DNA from: a virus
Taxonomy: Duplodnaviria; Caudoviricetes
Reading direction: 5' to 3' (one strand)
Length of the DNA: 64,000 nt
Virus record (IMG/VR): IMGVR_UViG_642791616_000001
Coordinates: 75,935-139,934 of that record
In this document: piece after piece, positions 9,877 through 19,695 of the stretch
How the letters are laid out: the number at the start of each line of letters is the position of its first letter
Numbering within the stretch: the first letter of the stretch is position 1
Position numbers and translations under genes: made by a program
Notes under the pieces: model-generated
What the model was told of the DNA's origin: nothing
The model's database searches: none
The model's input: only the letters and a program-made list of their open reading frames with translations

Positions 9877-9934
9877 CTCCTTATTTTCGCTTTCACTTAT
9901 ACAGTCGCATGTGGGCGGTGGAAATCGGGACATT
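9877..9934 (-). promoter_or_regulatory. Phage-specific promoter-like motif, copy 1
   Basis: Minus strand AATGTCCCGATT-N-CCACATGCGACTGTA-TAAG-TGAAAGCGAAAATAAGGAG; near-identical to 37544-37601. Confidence 0.75.
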
Positions 9935-9964
9935 AATCGGCAGGAAAATGAAAATATCCGGTTA

Positions 9965-10717
9965 TCAGGCGCTTTTACTCCGTCCCCAATTTGATTCGCG
10001 GATGAGTTCGAAAGTCCAACCGTTGTAATCGGCTCGTTCACCGCGAAGACATTTCTTAATGGTGGGTCGGTGCAGGCCGTGTTTGGCTGCGAAGGGTCGT
10101 AGGCCGGAAACCGTAAATGATTCACCGGAAGGCGATGTCGCTTTGAATAGCAATCTCGCTTTCGTTAGGTCTCTATTTCGATTATTTACAGCCTGGGAAA
10201 CGAAAGTGCACGTATTTAATGAATAGACCATTTCAGATTTAGGAATACCTTTCTGCTTTAAGTCCTTATCTAAAAATATCTTTCTATCAGCAAATAAATC
10301 AGGCTCAAATCCGTCTATGAACGTGAAATCTTTGACGAAATTGGCAAAACAATGCCACTTCTCGCAGACAGTAACGCCTTTAGCACCGTAATCTTGAAAT
10401 TGGGGAGAGTTTTCATCGTAACAGCGTTCCAACATTCCATTCCAAACGTTATACTCTCTTTTGTGATCCACCATTCTTGCGTCTCCGAGATACCCCACGC
10501 CGAAAACAGTCCTTTCAGTTCGATCTCTAACAGTACCTCTAGTAATTTGAACCTTCTCGACAGCATATTGATAGCCTGATTTAGTGAATCTGACTACATA
10601 TTTACAGGCCCTCCCTTTCTGTCCGCTAATTTTATCTATTACAGTAAATTCGTGTCCGGAATTATTAGAATACGTTGCGCCAATTATGGAACTAGGCGTC
10701 AAAGTGAAAATCCTCAT
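9965..10717 (-). CDS. Free-standing HNH-like homing endonuclease with C-terminal HTH
   Basis: WNGMLERCY...[12 protein letters not shown]...LDKD...YSLNTCTFV; overlaps the nrdF 3' end. Confidence 0.8.
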   Translation of the reverse strand: MRIFTLTPSSIIGATYSNNSGHEFTVIDKISGQKGRACKYVVRFTKSGYQYAVEKVQITRGTVRDRTERTVFGVGYLGDARMVDHKREYNVWNGMLERCYDENSPQFQDYGAKGVTVCEKWHCFANFVKDFTFIDGFEPDLFADRKIFLDKDLKQKGIPKSEMVYSLNTCTFVSQAVNNRNRDLTKARLLFKATSPSGESFTVSGLRPFAAKHGLHRPTIKKCLRGERADYNGWTFELIRESNWGRSKSA

Positions 10718-11681
10718 CTCTAAGCGCCTCGACCGTCGCCTTTTTGTAGCCGTTCCCTTGCATGCTAAAGAAGTCATGTGCCTTCGTCTTCGTACTCAGT
10801 CCGTTAATCACGATCGGGTTGACCAGCTCATCCGGAAAGTGCGCATCGAATCCGAGGTTCATGAGCGCCTTATTCGCGTTGTACCTAACGAAAGCCTTAA
10901 CGTCATGCGCCAAGCCGACCGCACCGTACACATCGTCCGTATATGCGACTTCATTCTCGTACAGCTCCGTTAATAACCCGAGCGACCATTCGTGTAAATC
11001 CGCCCTCACGTCGTCCGTCTGACGGTTGTATATTTCCTGCGCAAGCAAACCGACGTAGACGCCATGGATCGCTTCGTCACGGATAATAAGGTTAATAATC
11101 TCGCCGCTCTGCATCATGCGCCCTTGACCGTAGAAATACAACGGGTAATAAAAGCCGCTGTAGAATAGGAAACTTTCGAGATATACCGAAGCGACCATCG
11201 CTTTATACAACGAAATGTCGTCGCCTGCCTTGATATCGCGATAAAGGTCGGTGATCAGCTTCGCTTTGCGTTGCAAGTACCGGTTCTCTTTAACCCATTC
11301 GAAGACGGCCGTAATAGTTTCCGAAGGCGCAAGCGTTAGAAAGATATTCGAGTAAGACTTCGCATGTACTGCGTTCTCCATCATCGCCATGAAGTTGAGG
11401 ACGGCCTTGCGTTGGTGACCGTCTACGTGCGCCATGATGGCGGGCATGCCGGTGTTTCCTTGCTCCGTATCTAATAACGTCAGGCCGGCGAGCACTTTCA
11501 TATACGTGTCGCGTTCGGCAGGCGTCAGGTCTTTCCACGCGAGTAGGTCGCCGTTAAGCGAAATCTCCTCCGGTAGCCAAAACTGCTTGACGTTCTGATC
11601 GTAGAACATGGCCGTAAAATTATCGTCTGATTGCGACCAGTTGGCCGCTGTGTATATTTCATTTTCGATAGGTTCCGTCAT
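10692..11681 (-). CDS. nrdF: Class Ib ribonucleotide reductase beta subunit
   Basis: [34 protein letters not shown]. Confidence 0.96.
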   Translation of the reverse strand: MTEPIENEIYTAANWSQSDDNFTAMFYDQNVKQFWLPEEISLNGDLLAWKDLTPAERDTYMKVLAGLTLLDTEQGNTGMPAIMAHVDGHQRKAVLNFMAMMENAVHAKSYSNIFLTLAPSETITAVFEWVKENRYLQRKAKLITDLYRDIKAGDDISLYKAMVASVYLESFLFYSGFYYPLYFYGQGRMMQSGEIINLIIRDEAIHGVYVGLLAQEIYNRQTDDVRADLHEWSLGLLTELYENEVAYTDDVYGAVGLAHDVKAFVRYNANKALMNLGFDAHFPDELVNPIVINGLSTKTKAHDFFSMQGNGYKKATVEALRDEDFHFDA

Positions 11682-11729
11682 TATTAATCCTCCTAACGAT
11701 AGTTTTTTAAAAAGTTTGATTCAGACACT

Positions 11730-11960
11730 TTAAAGCACATCTACATGTTGAAAGAAGGCTTTCTTAACCGTTGTATCCGCCACTCCACACTGCTCTGCTA
11801 CACTGGTAAATGTGTTCTTACCTTTGATAGATTCCTTGCCTATGCGCTTGAATAATCGCCCTGTAATCTTGTCGTTTCTTGCGATAGAGATAAAGTAGTC
11901 AGAGAATGTAGAATCGCAGTGAGGGCATTTGTAACGATTTTGAATGACTTCGAGAAAGTC
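11730..11960 (-). pseudogene. ISL3-family transposase remnant (zinc finger + HTH)
   Basis: Startless frame LEVIQNRYKCPHCDSTFS...KITGRLFKRI...TFTSVAEQCGVADTTVKKAF. Confidence 0.6.
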
Positions 11961-12758
11961 TTATTGGTAGGAAGCTAAATCATCACCTAATTGGACTTGT
12001 TCAAGACGTTTATTAGCAAGTTGGTAAAACGTTGGGTCAGTCTCAAAACCTATCCATTTTCTTTGGCTGATTATAGATGCGACAGCTGTTGTGCCAGAAC
12101 CCATGCAGTTATCGAGAACTATATCTGATTGGTCTGTGTAAGTTCGTATCAAATATTCGCACATCTCCACAGGTTTTTGTGTTGGGTGGATATTATCTTT
12201 ATCTTTTAAAAATGTTTGGATACTTACTGGATGTCTGCCCTCATTTACTTTTTCAAAATTGTCTCGCAACGAGCCTCCGTTGAAGATTTCTCCCTTGTGG
12301 CTGCTTCTCTTAACCTTATATTCCTTCCCTTCTGTTTTTTGCGGAAAATAAGTTGCCGTACCCTTTTTGTTTGGACTTGCAGGAAGTTTACTGAAAACGA
12401 GAATATTTTCATGAACCTTAAGTGGTTGGTGGTTAGAGTTTAGGAAATTCGCTCCCTTTGTTTTATCCCAAATCCATTCGTACCTGAACATAGAAGGATT
12501 ACTGTTAACTAAATAACTTGTAAACGGTTGACTACCGAACAGAACGACATTGCCAGTTTCTTTGATGATTCGTTTGTACTGCTCCCATAACTTTTCAATT
12601 GGGATGATTTTATCCCACCTTTTAACGTCAGTTGTTCCGTAAGGTAAGTCACATAAAATTAAGTCTACGGATTCATCAGGAATTAATTTCATCCCTTCGA
12701 GACAGTCCATTTGATATATTCTATTAAGTTCTAAGCTCCCGAGTAACTCTTTCTCCAT
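11961..12758 (-). CDS. Beta-class N4/N6 DNA methyltransferase (orphan)
   Basis: DLILCDLPYG motif IV, HPTQKP, VLDNCMGSGTT motif I. Confidence 0.92.
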   Translation of the reverse strand: MEKELLGSLELNRIYQMDCLEGMKLIPDESVDLILCDLPYGTTDVKRWDKIIPIEKLWEQYKRIIKETGNVVLFGSQPFTSYLVNSNPSMFRYEWIWDKTKGANFLNSNHQPLKVHENILVFSKLPASPNKKGTATYFPQKTEGKEYKVKRSSHKGEIFNGGSLRDNFEKVNEGRHPVSIQTFLKDKDNIHPTQKPVEMCEYLIRTYTDQSDIVLDNCMGSGTTAVASIISQRKWIGFETDPTFYQLANKRLEQVQLGDDLASYQ

Positions 12759-12942
12759 ATAACGCCTCCGAATATTTATATTTTTTTGTATAAACATTCA
12801 TCTACCTAACATGAATATTCATACAGTCCCACACAGGATCCTTTGCCGAAGATTCCCTATGAAAGTTGACGTAACTGCTAATCTACCTTGTTAATTATTT
12901 ACAGGGTTTCCCCTGAGAAGTTTGTATGCCCAAATATTATTG

Positions 12943-14256
12943 TCAGACTGCGCAACTTAGACAGCCTTCCTGCCCAGTATCTTTAGTGCGCGCATAATAA
13001 AGCGTCTTGATGCCTTTGTGGTGCGCGTACAGGTCAATTCGATTCAAATCGCGCGTCGTCATCGTATCTTTTAAGAACAGCGTAAATGAGATGCCTTGGT
13101 CGACGTGCTGCTGAATCGTAGCGATCATATCGACGACCTTAAACATATCCATGTCGTACGCTTCTTTATAGAAGAACCAGTTTTGCGGCGATAACCCCGG
13201 CATTGGATAGTACGTCTTCGAGTTTCCGTAAGTCCGTTCCTCAATGCGCTCCATAATCGGCATGACCGAAGCTGTCGCCGACTGTACATACGAAATAGAT
13301 CCGTTAGGCGCAATCGCAAGTCTATAGGCGTGGTATAGTCCGTGAAGATTTACGTTATCGCTCAGGACTTGCCATTCGAGAGGCGTCGGAATCACGATGT
13401 CTTTAAACAACGCCCGCACTTTATCCGTTTTTGGTCGGTAATCACCTTCGAGGTACTTATCGAAATACTCTCCGCTCGCATACGTAGATCCCTCGTAGCC
13501 TTCAAACGTAGTTCCCGTTTCCTGCGCCAATTCATTCGAGCGCACTAACGTCCAGTAATTGACCGTAGCGAAGAATACGTTAGCAAAGTCACGAGCTTCT
13601 TCCGATTCATATGCGATTCCATTCTGCGCTAAATAGCCGTGCAGATTCATCGCGCCAAGTCCGATAGAACGCATCTCACGGTTAGCCTTTGCGACGGCCG
13701 GCGCGTTCTTGATATTCGTAGATTCCGAAACTACGGTCAGCGCATCGACGGCTAGTTTGACGGCGTTTTCGATCGATCCACCCGCCATTACATTCGCGAT
13801 ATTAAGAGAGCCGAGGTTGCACGAAATATCTAAGCCGATATCGTCCGGTTCGCCATAGTCGGTGTATTCCGAGACGGTCGAAGCCTGAAGCACCTCCGAA
13901 CAGAGATTCGAGAACTTAACGCGGCTGATATGGTTCAGCGCATGCTCTCGGTTAACGTTGTCTTGAAACATCATGTACGGATACCCCGACTCTGAACGCA
14001 GAACGGCCATCTTTTCGAGTAGCTGGCGCGGGTTAATACGTTCCTTCCGCACCGCCGGATTATTCACGAGTTCATCGTACATTGCGCCGATATCCATTTC
14101 GTCTAAATGCGTGCCGTACGCCTTATAGACCGTATGCGGATAGAAAACGTAAGCCGGTCGGTCTTCTCGCGCTAGTTCGATGAATTTGTCGGGCACAACG
14201 ACGCCGATTGACAGCGTTTTGACTCGGACGTCTTCATCTGCCGAGATTTTTTTGGT
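12943..14256 (-). CDS. nrdE: Class Ib RNR alpha subunit, exon 2
   Basis: Begins TKKISADEDVRVKTLSIG; FSNLCSE, TLYYAR, C-terminal CLSC. Confidence 0.94.
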   Translation of the reverse strand, partial: TKKISADEDVRVKTLSIGVVVPDKFIELAREDRPAYVFYPHTVYKAYGTHLDEMDIGAMYDELVNNPAVRKERINPRQLLEKMAVLRSESGYPYMMFQDNVNREHALNHISRVKFSNLCSEVLQASTVSEYTDYGEPDDIGLDISCNLGSLNIANVMAGGSIENAVKLAVDALTVVSESTNIKNAPAVAKANREMRSIGLGAMNLHGYLAQNGIAYESEEARDFANVFFATVNYWTLVRSNELAQETGTTFEGYEGSTYASGEYFDKYLEGDYRPKTDKVRALFKDIVIPTPLEWQVLSDNVNLHGLYHAYRLAIAPNGSISYVQSATASVMPIMERIEERTYGNSKTYYPMPGLSPQNWFFYKEAYDMDMFKVVDMIATIQQHVDQGISFTLFLKDTMTTRDLNRIDLYAHHKGIKTLYYARTKDTGQEGCLSCAV

Positions 14257-15205
14257 CAGTTACCCTCGTATTTCTACGAGGACTGGACTATATCATCGTC
14301 TACGTGAGACGCCTTGCGCTTCAACCGGTGCTAATCTCCGGCTTACTATTAGTCTCTACACCTTCCGAGCACCGATAATAATTTTTGAACTTTGGGTTGT
14401 TCACACGACTTGTGATAGTCGTCCGGCTAATCCCTAACTGACGACTCGCCTCTGCCATTGAACGATAAAATACGCCATTTACACATATCCTTGCGTTATT
14501 CCCATTGTTCAAACGAAGTTTTAAGCATTCACTCTCTGATTTTACTCGTCCTTTATGTGCCTCAGACATTTTACGTCGCGTCTCTGTCGTATGTTTTCTG
14601 CCATCGAATCGTTTAGTTATTAAACTACGCATCATCTGCATGTGCTCCATATTGTTGTACCATGGATTATTTTCACCTGAATTTATTACAGATAATTTCC
14701 GCTTAACATCTTCACTATGTGTCCGCCCAAACATTGGGTTTTTATGTCCCGTGTACGACATTCCGAATGCGTTGTGATACAAGTTATACCTTAGATGTTT
14801 GTCGCATCTATCTATCCAATACTGCTCAGCTTCGAAAAGAGCGTGCCTTTCAATTTCACCGAAACTCTGCAATACTTTAAATTCAAAAGCTTTTTCGCCC
14901 ATCAAATTAAAATCCTCTTGTAAAGGCTGATTGTGGTGTATGCCCTTTCTTAGTAAGTTGATGTGAGCATTTTTTCTTTTTTGAAAATCTGAACTACTTC
15001 CGATATAACACTTACCGTTTTTCATGTTTTTAATTTCGTAAACAGCGTTCACTTTTTCACCTCCTTTGGTGCTCGGCTTGGCACGGGATTGCCACCACCC
15101 TTACGTGCTGAGGTTTCCCCGTTAGCCCTCGTATGAGGACACCGCTTTTGCATGCGTTCACAAGGTTTTCACTACCCAATCGCTTGGATAGGCGACTACC
15201 ATTTA
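14257..15205 (-). ncRNA. Group I self-splicing intron in nrdE (949 nt)
   Basis: 5' exon ends in U (GAT), intron ends in G; R/S elements GTAGAGACTA and GATATAGTCC (P7); P9 hairpin CCTCGTA-GAAA-TACGAGG; removal gives an in-frame 699-aa NrdE (...DFLD|TKKIS...). Confidence 0.92.
14321..15052 (-). CDS. Intron-encoded GIY-YIG homing endonuclease with NUMOD3-type repeats
   Basis: AVYEI...CYIGSS; NPMFGRTHSEDVKRKLS, HTTETRRKMSEAHKG; C-terminal HTH. Confidence 0.92.
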   Translation of the reverse strand: MNAVYEIKNMKNGKCYIGSSSDFQKRKNAHINLLRKGIHHNQPLQEDFNLMGEKAFEFKVLQSFGEIERHALFEAEQYWIDRCDKHLRYNLYHNAFGMSYTGHKNPMFGRTHSEDVKRKLSVINSGENNPWYNNMEHMQMMRSLITKRFDGRKHTTETRRKMSEAHKGRVKSESECLKLRLNNGNNARICVNGVFYRSMAEASRQLGISRTTITSRVNNPKFKNYYRCSEGVETNSKPEISTG

Positions 15206-15991
15206 ATCGAGAAAATCATTAATATCCGCGTGGAATACGTTTAGATAAGCTGCGCCCGCGCCCTGTCTTTGGCCCATCTGATCCGCATATCGGAACGCAT
15301 TATCGAGTAGCTTCATAACGCCGACTACGCCTTTAGTCGCTCCGGCAACGTCCTTAATCGACTCACCTTTTGCGCGAATCTTTGAAAGATTAAGCGACAC
15401 GCCCCCACCTGACTTCGATAGCTGCATCGAAATGTCGATTGCGCGTGAGATATCGTTCAGCGAGTCGTTAACTTCGAGCAGGAAACACGACACCATCTCG
15501 CCTCTACGCTTGCGCCCGGCATTTAAAAACGTAGGAGTCGCCGGTTGGTATTCCTGGCGGATCATTAGTTTCGCAAACTCGATCGCCTTGGCCCCGTCAC
15601 CTTTTCCGAAGTACAGCGCACAGCAAGCGATACGGTCTTCGTAGCGTTCGAGAATCTTTTTGCGATCGTTCGTCTTCAGCGCGTAGTCGTTGTAGAATTT
15701 GAATGCGCTCATGAACGAAGGGAATCGGAACTTTGCGGCGTAGGCCGTTTTATAGACTGCCTTGATTTCCTCGAATGTATAAGCGTCAAGGAACTCCGTC
15801 TCGTAGTAATCGTTATCGCGCAGATAGTCGAGCTTTTCTTTTAAATCGTGGAAAAATACGGTGTTTTGATTTACGTAGTCTATAAAATAAGCACGGACGG
15901 CCTCTTCGTCTTTCTCGAATTGAAACCGCCCGTCTTTTTGAATCATAATTTCGTTATTTAACTCGATATAACTTGCGCTGCTATTTGTCAT
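15206..15991 (-). CDS. nrdE: Class Ib RNR alpha subunit, exon 1
   Basis: YIELNNEIMIQKDG, YQPATPTFLNAGRKRRGEMVSCFLL, GQRQGAGA. Confidence 0.94.
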
Positions 15992-16754
15992 GTGGCGCCT
16001 CCTTTATTGATGATCCCCGTACACTAGAATCTAAACGCTGATTAGCTCTCTTCGCATATTCTGTCTCAATCTCAAAACCTATAAAATTACGATTTAATTG
16101 AGTCGCCGCTACCGCCGTTGTCCCTGAACCTATACAACTATCAAGAATAATGTCGCCTTCATTTGTGAACGTTTTAATTAGCCACTCGAATAGTTTCACT
16201 GGTTTTTGGGTTGGATGACCTCCCTTTTCACGGATTTGGGGAATCTCAATTATCGACGTTGGGTATCTCCTGCCGTCGCTCTTCGTTTCATTCTCATTTT
16301 GGCTCCCATAGTTACTTGTTGAATGTTTCCGTCTCACTTCGTAAGAGTCTCCGAATGTAAATTGAGGATTGTATGTCGGAGGTTTCTTATAAAAAATTAA
16401 AATGTCCTCGTGTTTTCTTAGGGGCATCCTTTTCGCATTGAGGAATCCGGTTATTTGCTTTTTATCCCAAGTAATGTCGTACCTGAATAATTTCGGATTA
16501 CTCGATACTAATAAACTAGTGAAAGGCTGTGCCGCTGTAAGCACTATCGCGCCGTTATCTTTTACGACTCTTTCGTACTGTTCCCAAAGAGAGTCTAAAG
16601 GAATAACAATATCCCACTTATTTCGAGTTGTGCCGTAAGGTAAATCGCAAAGTATCATATCGATCGACTTATCCGGCAGCATACGCATCCCTTCGATACA
16701 ATCGCGCTGATATATCCGATTCAATTCGAGTTCCCCGATCATCTCTTTACCCAA
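15981..16754 (-). CDS. Beta-class N4/N6 DNA methyltransferase (orphan, paralogue of 11961-12758)
   Basis: DMILCDLPYG, HPTQKP, ILDSCIGSGTT. Confidence 0.92.
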   Translation of the reverse strand: MGKEMIGELELNRIYQRDCIEGMRMLPDKSIDMILCDLPYGTTRNKWDIVIPLDSLWEQYERVVKDNGAIVLTAAQPFTSLLVSSNPKLFRYDITWDKKQITGFLNAKRMPLRKHEDILIFYKKPPTYNPQFTFGDSYEVRRKHSTSNYGSQNENETKSDGRRYPTSIIEIPQIREKGGHPTQKPVKLFEWLIKTFTNEGDIILDSCIGSGTTAVAATQLNRNFIGFEIETEYAKRANQRLDSSVRGSSIKEAPHDK

Positions 16755-17106
16755 GCGCCTTCACCCTTTCCGTAAATTGTTTTACGTCCTCTTCCGTCCC
16801 TGCTAATTCGAATTTACCGATCACCGGCACATCATAAAGCGTCGCAATAACGTCGGCAGCCGCTCCAAAGCCGTCTCCCCAATTTCGATTTCCCGACGCC
16901 GCTATGCCGACCATCCAATCGCCATTATCCTTAAGCCATTCGCTTACCGTTGCGGGCGGCTGACCGAAGTCGTAAGTCGGCGTTACCAGCACGAACGGTT
17001 CCTCAACGACCTCGCCGGTCTTGATTTCGCGTGCCTGACCGCCTAGTCCGGTCTTAGCGATGAACCGCCGCACGTTGCCCGTCAGCGAGTAGAAATATAC
17101 GTTCAC
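16747..17106 (-). CDS. nrdI: RNR flavodoxin
   Basis: YSLTGNVRRF, TPTYDFG, SGNRNWG, KFELAGT; likely GTG start at 17106. Confidence 0.92.
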   Translation of the reverse strand: MNVYFYSLTGNVRRFIAKTGLGGQAREIKTGEVVEEPFVLVTPTYDFGQPPATVSEWLKDNGDWMVGIAASGNRNWGDGFGAAADVIATLYDVPVIGKFELAGTEEDVKQFTERVKALG

Positions 17107-17267
17107 GGCTGAACTCCGGTCGCGTACGCTAATAAAACCGCAGTAGGAATGATCAGCAAGACGAGGCCGGCTATTTTCGTCGTGATTTCTTCGTATGATT
17201 TCGCCTTCATCCCGCCCACAAAAATGATGAGGATCGCGAGGCTGAATAACGCAATGTACGTACTCAT
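17103..17267 (-). CDS. Small two-TM membrane protein (54 aa)
   Basis: MSTYIALFSLAILIIFVGG...; stop overlaps the nrdI start (GTGA). Confidence 0.6.
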   Translation of the reverse strand: MSTYIALFSLAILIIFVGGMKAKSYEEITTKIAGLVLLIIPTAVLLAYATGVQP

Positions 17268-17597
17268 TCGTCTCCACCTTCCGATTCATCTAACGAAGAA
17301 AGTTCGGCTTCAAGTTTTCCCACCTTTTCATATGCGTGACTAACCTCTCTTTCTAAGTCTTCAATTTCGCTTTTTCCGACTTCGATCATTTCGTAAATTC
17401 CGAATAGTTCCGTCTCTATTTCTTCTCTCGTTCTCATCCGCGGTCACCCTTTCCGAAATCGTCCATGCTTCGTCCTAACTTATTTAACTGCCGTTCAACC
17501 TCTGCGATACCTTCTTCGCCAAAGTACGCCGGATCTGCGCCGAGAACTTTGGACGCTTCTTCCATCGCCTTGGCGTAAATAGTGTCGTCGTTGTCCG

Positions 17598-17807
17598 TCA
17601 TCCACGCCCACCTCTCCGCTCAATTTCCGCTTCTAATTCCGCAATTCTAGCAGCCGTCCGGTCACGCTCGATTTCCGTCTCGACGCGTTTCAGTTCTAGT
17701 CGCATGAGTGCGTATTCGTGATCGCCTAAATCCGATTCGAGTCGCCGTTTCATGTCGAGTAAATTAGCGATTGGCGCAACGAAAATATCACCGTATTCCA
17801 TCGTCAT
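17598..17807 (-). CDS. Small coiled-coil hypothetical protein
   Basis: Coupled ORF in operon. Confidence 0.6.
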   Translation of the reverse strand: MTMEYGDIFVAPIANLLDMKRRLESDLGDHEYALMRLELKRVETEIERDRTAARIAELEAEIERRGGRG

Positions 17808-18157
17808 TTACCTCCAATCGTGTCGAGGATTTCTATGATTGCGTAGTATTCCGGATTCAAAACCGCTTTTATTCCGTTTACACCCAAAATGCAAGCGAGT
17901 ATTAACAGAAACACCGAGATGAAAACGCACCAACCAAAGGCGATAGCTAAACCGTCAGGTATTACACCTTTGCGTCTTTTGGCTTCTCGCATGCACAATA
18001 TCGGAATTACTATCGCAATTAATAAAAGAACTAATGAAGCGCCGATACTTACACCTCCGCCGACCACCGCCTGCTTAACGAGCACTCCGTAAACGTGTTC
18101 CGCCGCCACTCCGAGCTTTGCGGCTAATTTGTCGATGTAAGCCATCGCTTTATCCAT
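17804..18157 (-). CDS. Phage membrane protein
   Basis: IDKLAAKLGVAAEHVYGVLVKQ...two TM segments...NPEYYAI. Confidence 0.75.
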   Translation of the reverse strand: MDKAMAYIDKLAAKLGVAAEHVYGVLVKQAVVGGGVSIGASLVLLLIAIVIPILCMREAKRRKGVIPDGLAIAFGWCVFISVFLLILACILGVNGIKAVLNPEYYAIIEILDTIGGK

Positions 18158-18422
18158 TTGCGCCCGCCTCCTTCGTTGCGTTCTCTAGTGCACGTCTCAC
18201 AGCCAATCCGTTAAGTACATGCGTAAAGTCAATCGCATTCTTCTGTTCTCCCGTATAGTGATTGAACATGACTCCGAGAGCCGCGGTTGCAGCCGTAAAG
18301 AATTCAGTTAAATCCACCTTTTCTAATTCCGCAATAAAATGCTCTGACTCCTCGTTAAAAACTTCCCCTAACGCGCCTACAATTTTAATTACGTGTTGTT
18401 CGTGGTTATCCATCCGAATCAC
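18150..18422 (-). CDS. Phage hypothetical protein
   Basis: Coupled ORF. Confidence 0.65.
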   Translation of the reverse strand: MIRMDNHEQHVIKIVGALGEVFNEESEHFIAELEKVDLTEFFTAATAALGVMFNHYTGEQKNAIDFTHVLNGLAVRRALENATKEAGANG

Positions 18423-18937
18423 TCCATATCGATTTTATAGTCGGTCGTAATCGTGTTTTCCGGTAAGTAAAATTCGTACGTATTTAAACCCGTGCTCTTA
18501 CCGTAGAAGAATCGTGCAATAGCCGATTTATACTGGACGTCATAAGTGAGAACGTAAGGCTTTTCGTAAGTACCTTCTCGAATCTTGGACGATAATATCT
18601 CCGCTTTATTGATCGTTGTAAAACCGTCCTTCTCGACCGCGTAATAAAAATACGGTTCAGCGGAGGCTGTTCCCGACCCTAAAACGAATCTTCCCGAGGA
18701 TTCGGATGTGTCTTTTAGCGAGGAGACTTCGCTTTTGACGGGATCTGCCGAATGAGTAGGCAAGAAAAACCCCGGAATAAGCACGATGCATACTGCGAGT
18801 AAACCTGCTAACATTCCGAAGAAACCCGCGGCTAAGTAGTCTAGAAAATCCACGTAAGCATACCCGAGCGAGCCAAGTAGACAAACAGCAAATCCTATAG
18901 AAACTACAACAAAAGTAATAATTAAACCTGCGCCCAT
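18419..18937 (-). CDS. Phage membrane protein
   Basis: Two N-terminal TM helices plus a soluble domain. Confidence 0.7.
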   Translation of the reverse strand: MGAGLIITFVVVSIGFAVCLLGSLGYAYVDFLDYLAAGFFGMLAGLLAVCIVLIPGFFLPTHSADPVKSEVSSLKDTSESSGRFVLGSGTASAEPYFYYAVEKDGFTTINKAEILSSKIREGTYEKPYVLTYDVQYKSAIARFFYGKSTGLNTYEFYLPENTITTDYKIDME

Positions 18938-19498
18938 CTATTTCGCCCCTTTCGGTTTCTCAAGTACGCCTTCATCGATCAGCCACGCAAGCCCAATCGC
19001 AGCCGCATCCGATTCATCAAAGTTGGCGAAGGTTCCGTCGTAGCCTGTTATCCGTCTTACGCCCGCCTCTACTTCGTCCTTTTCTGCGTTGCCCGATCCG
19101 GCGACCAATGACTTAACGCGCGTCGCGGATATGCCGAGATCTTCCGTCTTTTTGCCCGGCTTCTTGTATTTATCGAACGTCAGCCCGAATCGTGACGTCG
19201 CTCTTTCACACGCGTTCCAAGCGCTGAGTACCGGATAGTTAGACCGTGACGTCTTGCCCGCAAAGTCTTCGCGAACCACGTAATCAAAGCCGGCGGTTCC
19301 GACATGCTTATCGAGAAACAGCATCGCCCATCCTTCGATAACCTCCGCTCGGTGCGCATGTGATCGGCTCGTATTCGGCTTGACGTGGCTTAGCGCCTTG
19401 ATGATCGGCTTACCTTTGCGGACTTCTATGATCGCGACGCCCGGACAGGTCATCGACGTGTCAAACGCAAGGCATCGGATAGGCTTGGCGGCGGTCAT
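18938..19498 (-). CDS. RuvC-like Holliday junction resolvase
   Basis: LAFDTS, VRED, GNAEKDEV, DESDAAAIG. Confidence 0.85.
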   Translation of the reverse strand: MTAAKPIRCLAFDTSMTCPGVAIIEVRKGKPIIKALSHVKPNTSRSHAHRAEVIEGWAMLFLDKHVGTAGFDYVVREDFAGKTSRSNYPVLSAWNACERATSRFGLTFDKYKKPGKKTEDLGISATRVKSLVAGSGNAEKDEVEAGVRRITGYDGTFANFDESDAAAIGLAWLIDEGVLEKPKGAK

Positions 19499-19695
19499 CC
19501 GAACCACCGGAAGAATTCGATTTTCTCCGTCTTTAACGCTTCTGCTGCAAGTTTATCCGGGCTATCCGCGCCTTTTGCGATTGCCGTTAATACCTCGGAA
19601 TACAATTCGGACTCCTTACAGTGTGCCGCCTCATCGTCGAAGGCTATTTGTCGGATAACTTCAACGCGTTCTCTAACTTCATCGACCGTCATCAA
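19495..19695 (-). CDS. Phage hypothetical protein
   Basis: Coupled ORF, DDEAAHCKE. Confidence 0.65.
   Translation of the reverse strand: MMTVDEVRERVEVIRQIAFDDEAAHCKESELYSEVLTAIAKGADSPDKLAAEALKTEKIEFFRWFG

Noticed and set aside
12800-12940. Possible riboswitch ahead of the methyltransferase
   Set aside because: Only a short CAGGG/CCCTG hairpin; no recognisable SAM-riboswitch core
12943-15991. nrdE as a broken pseudogene
   Set aside because: The interruption has group I intron hallmarks and splices to a full-length frame
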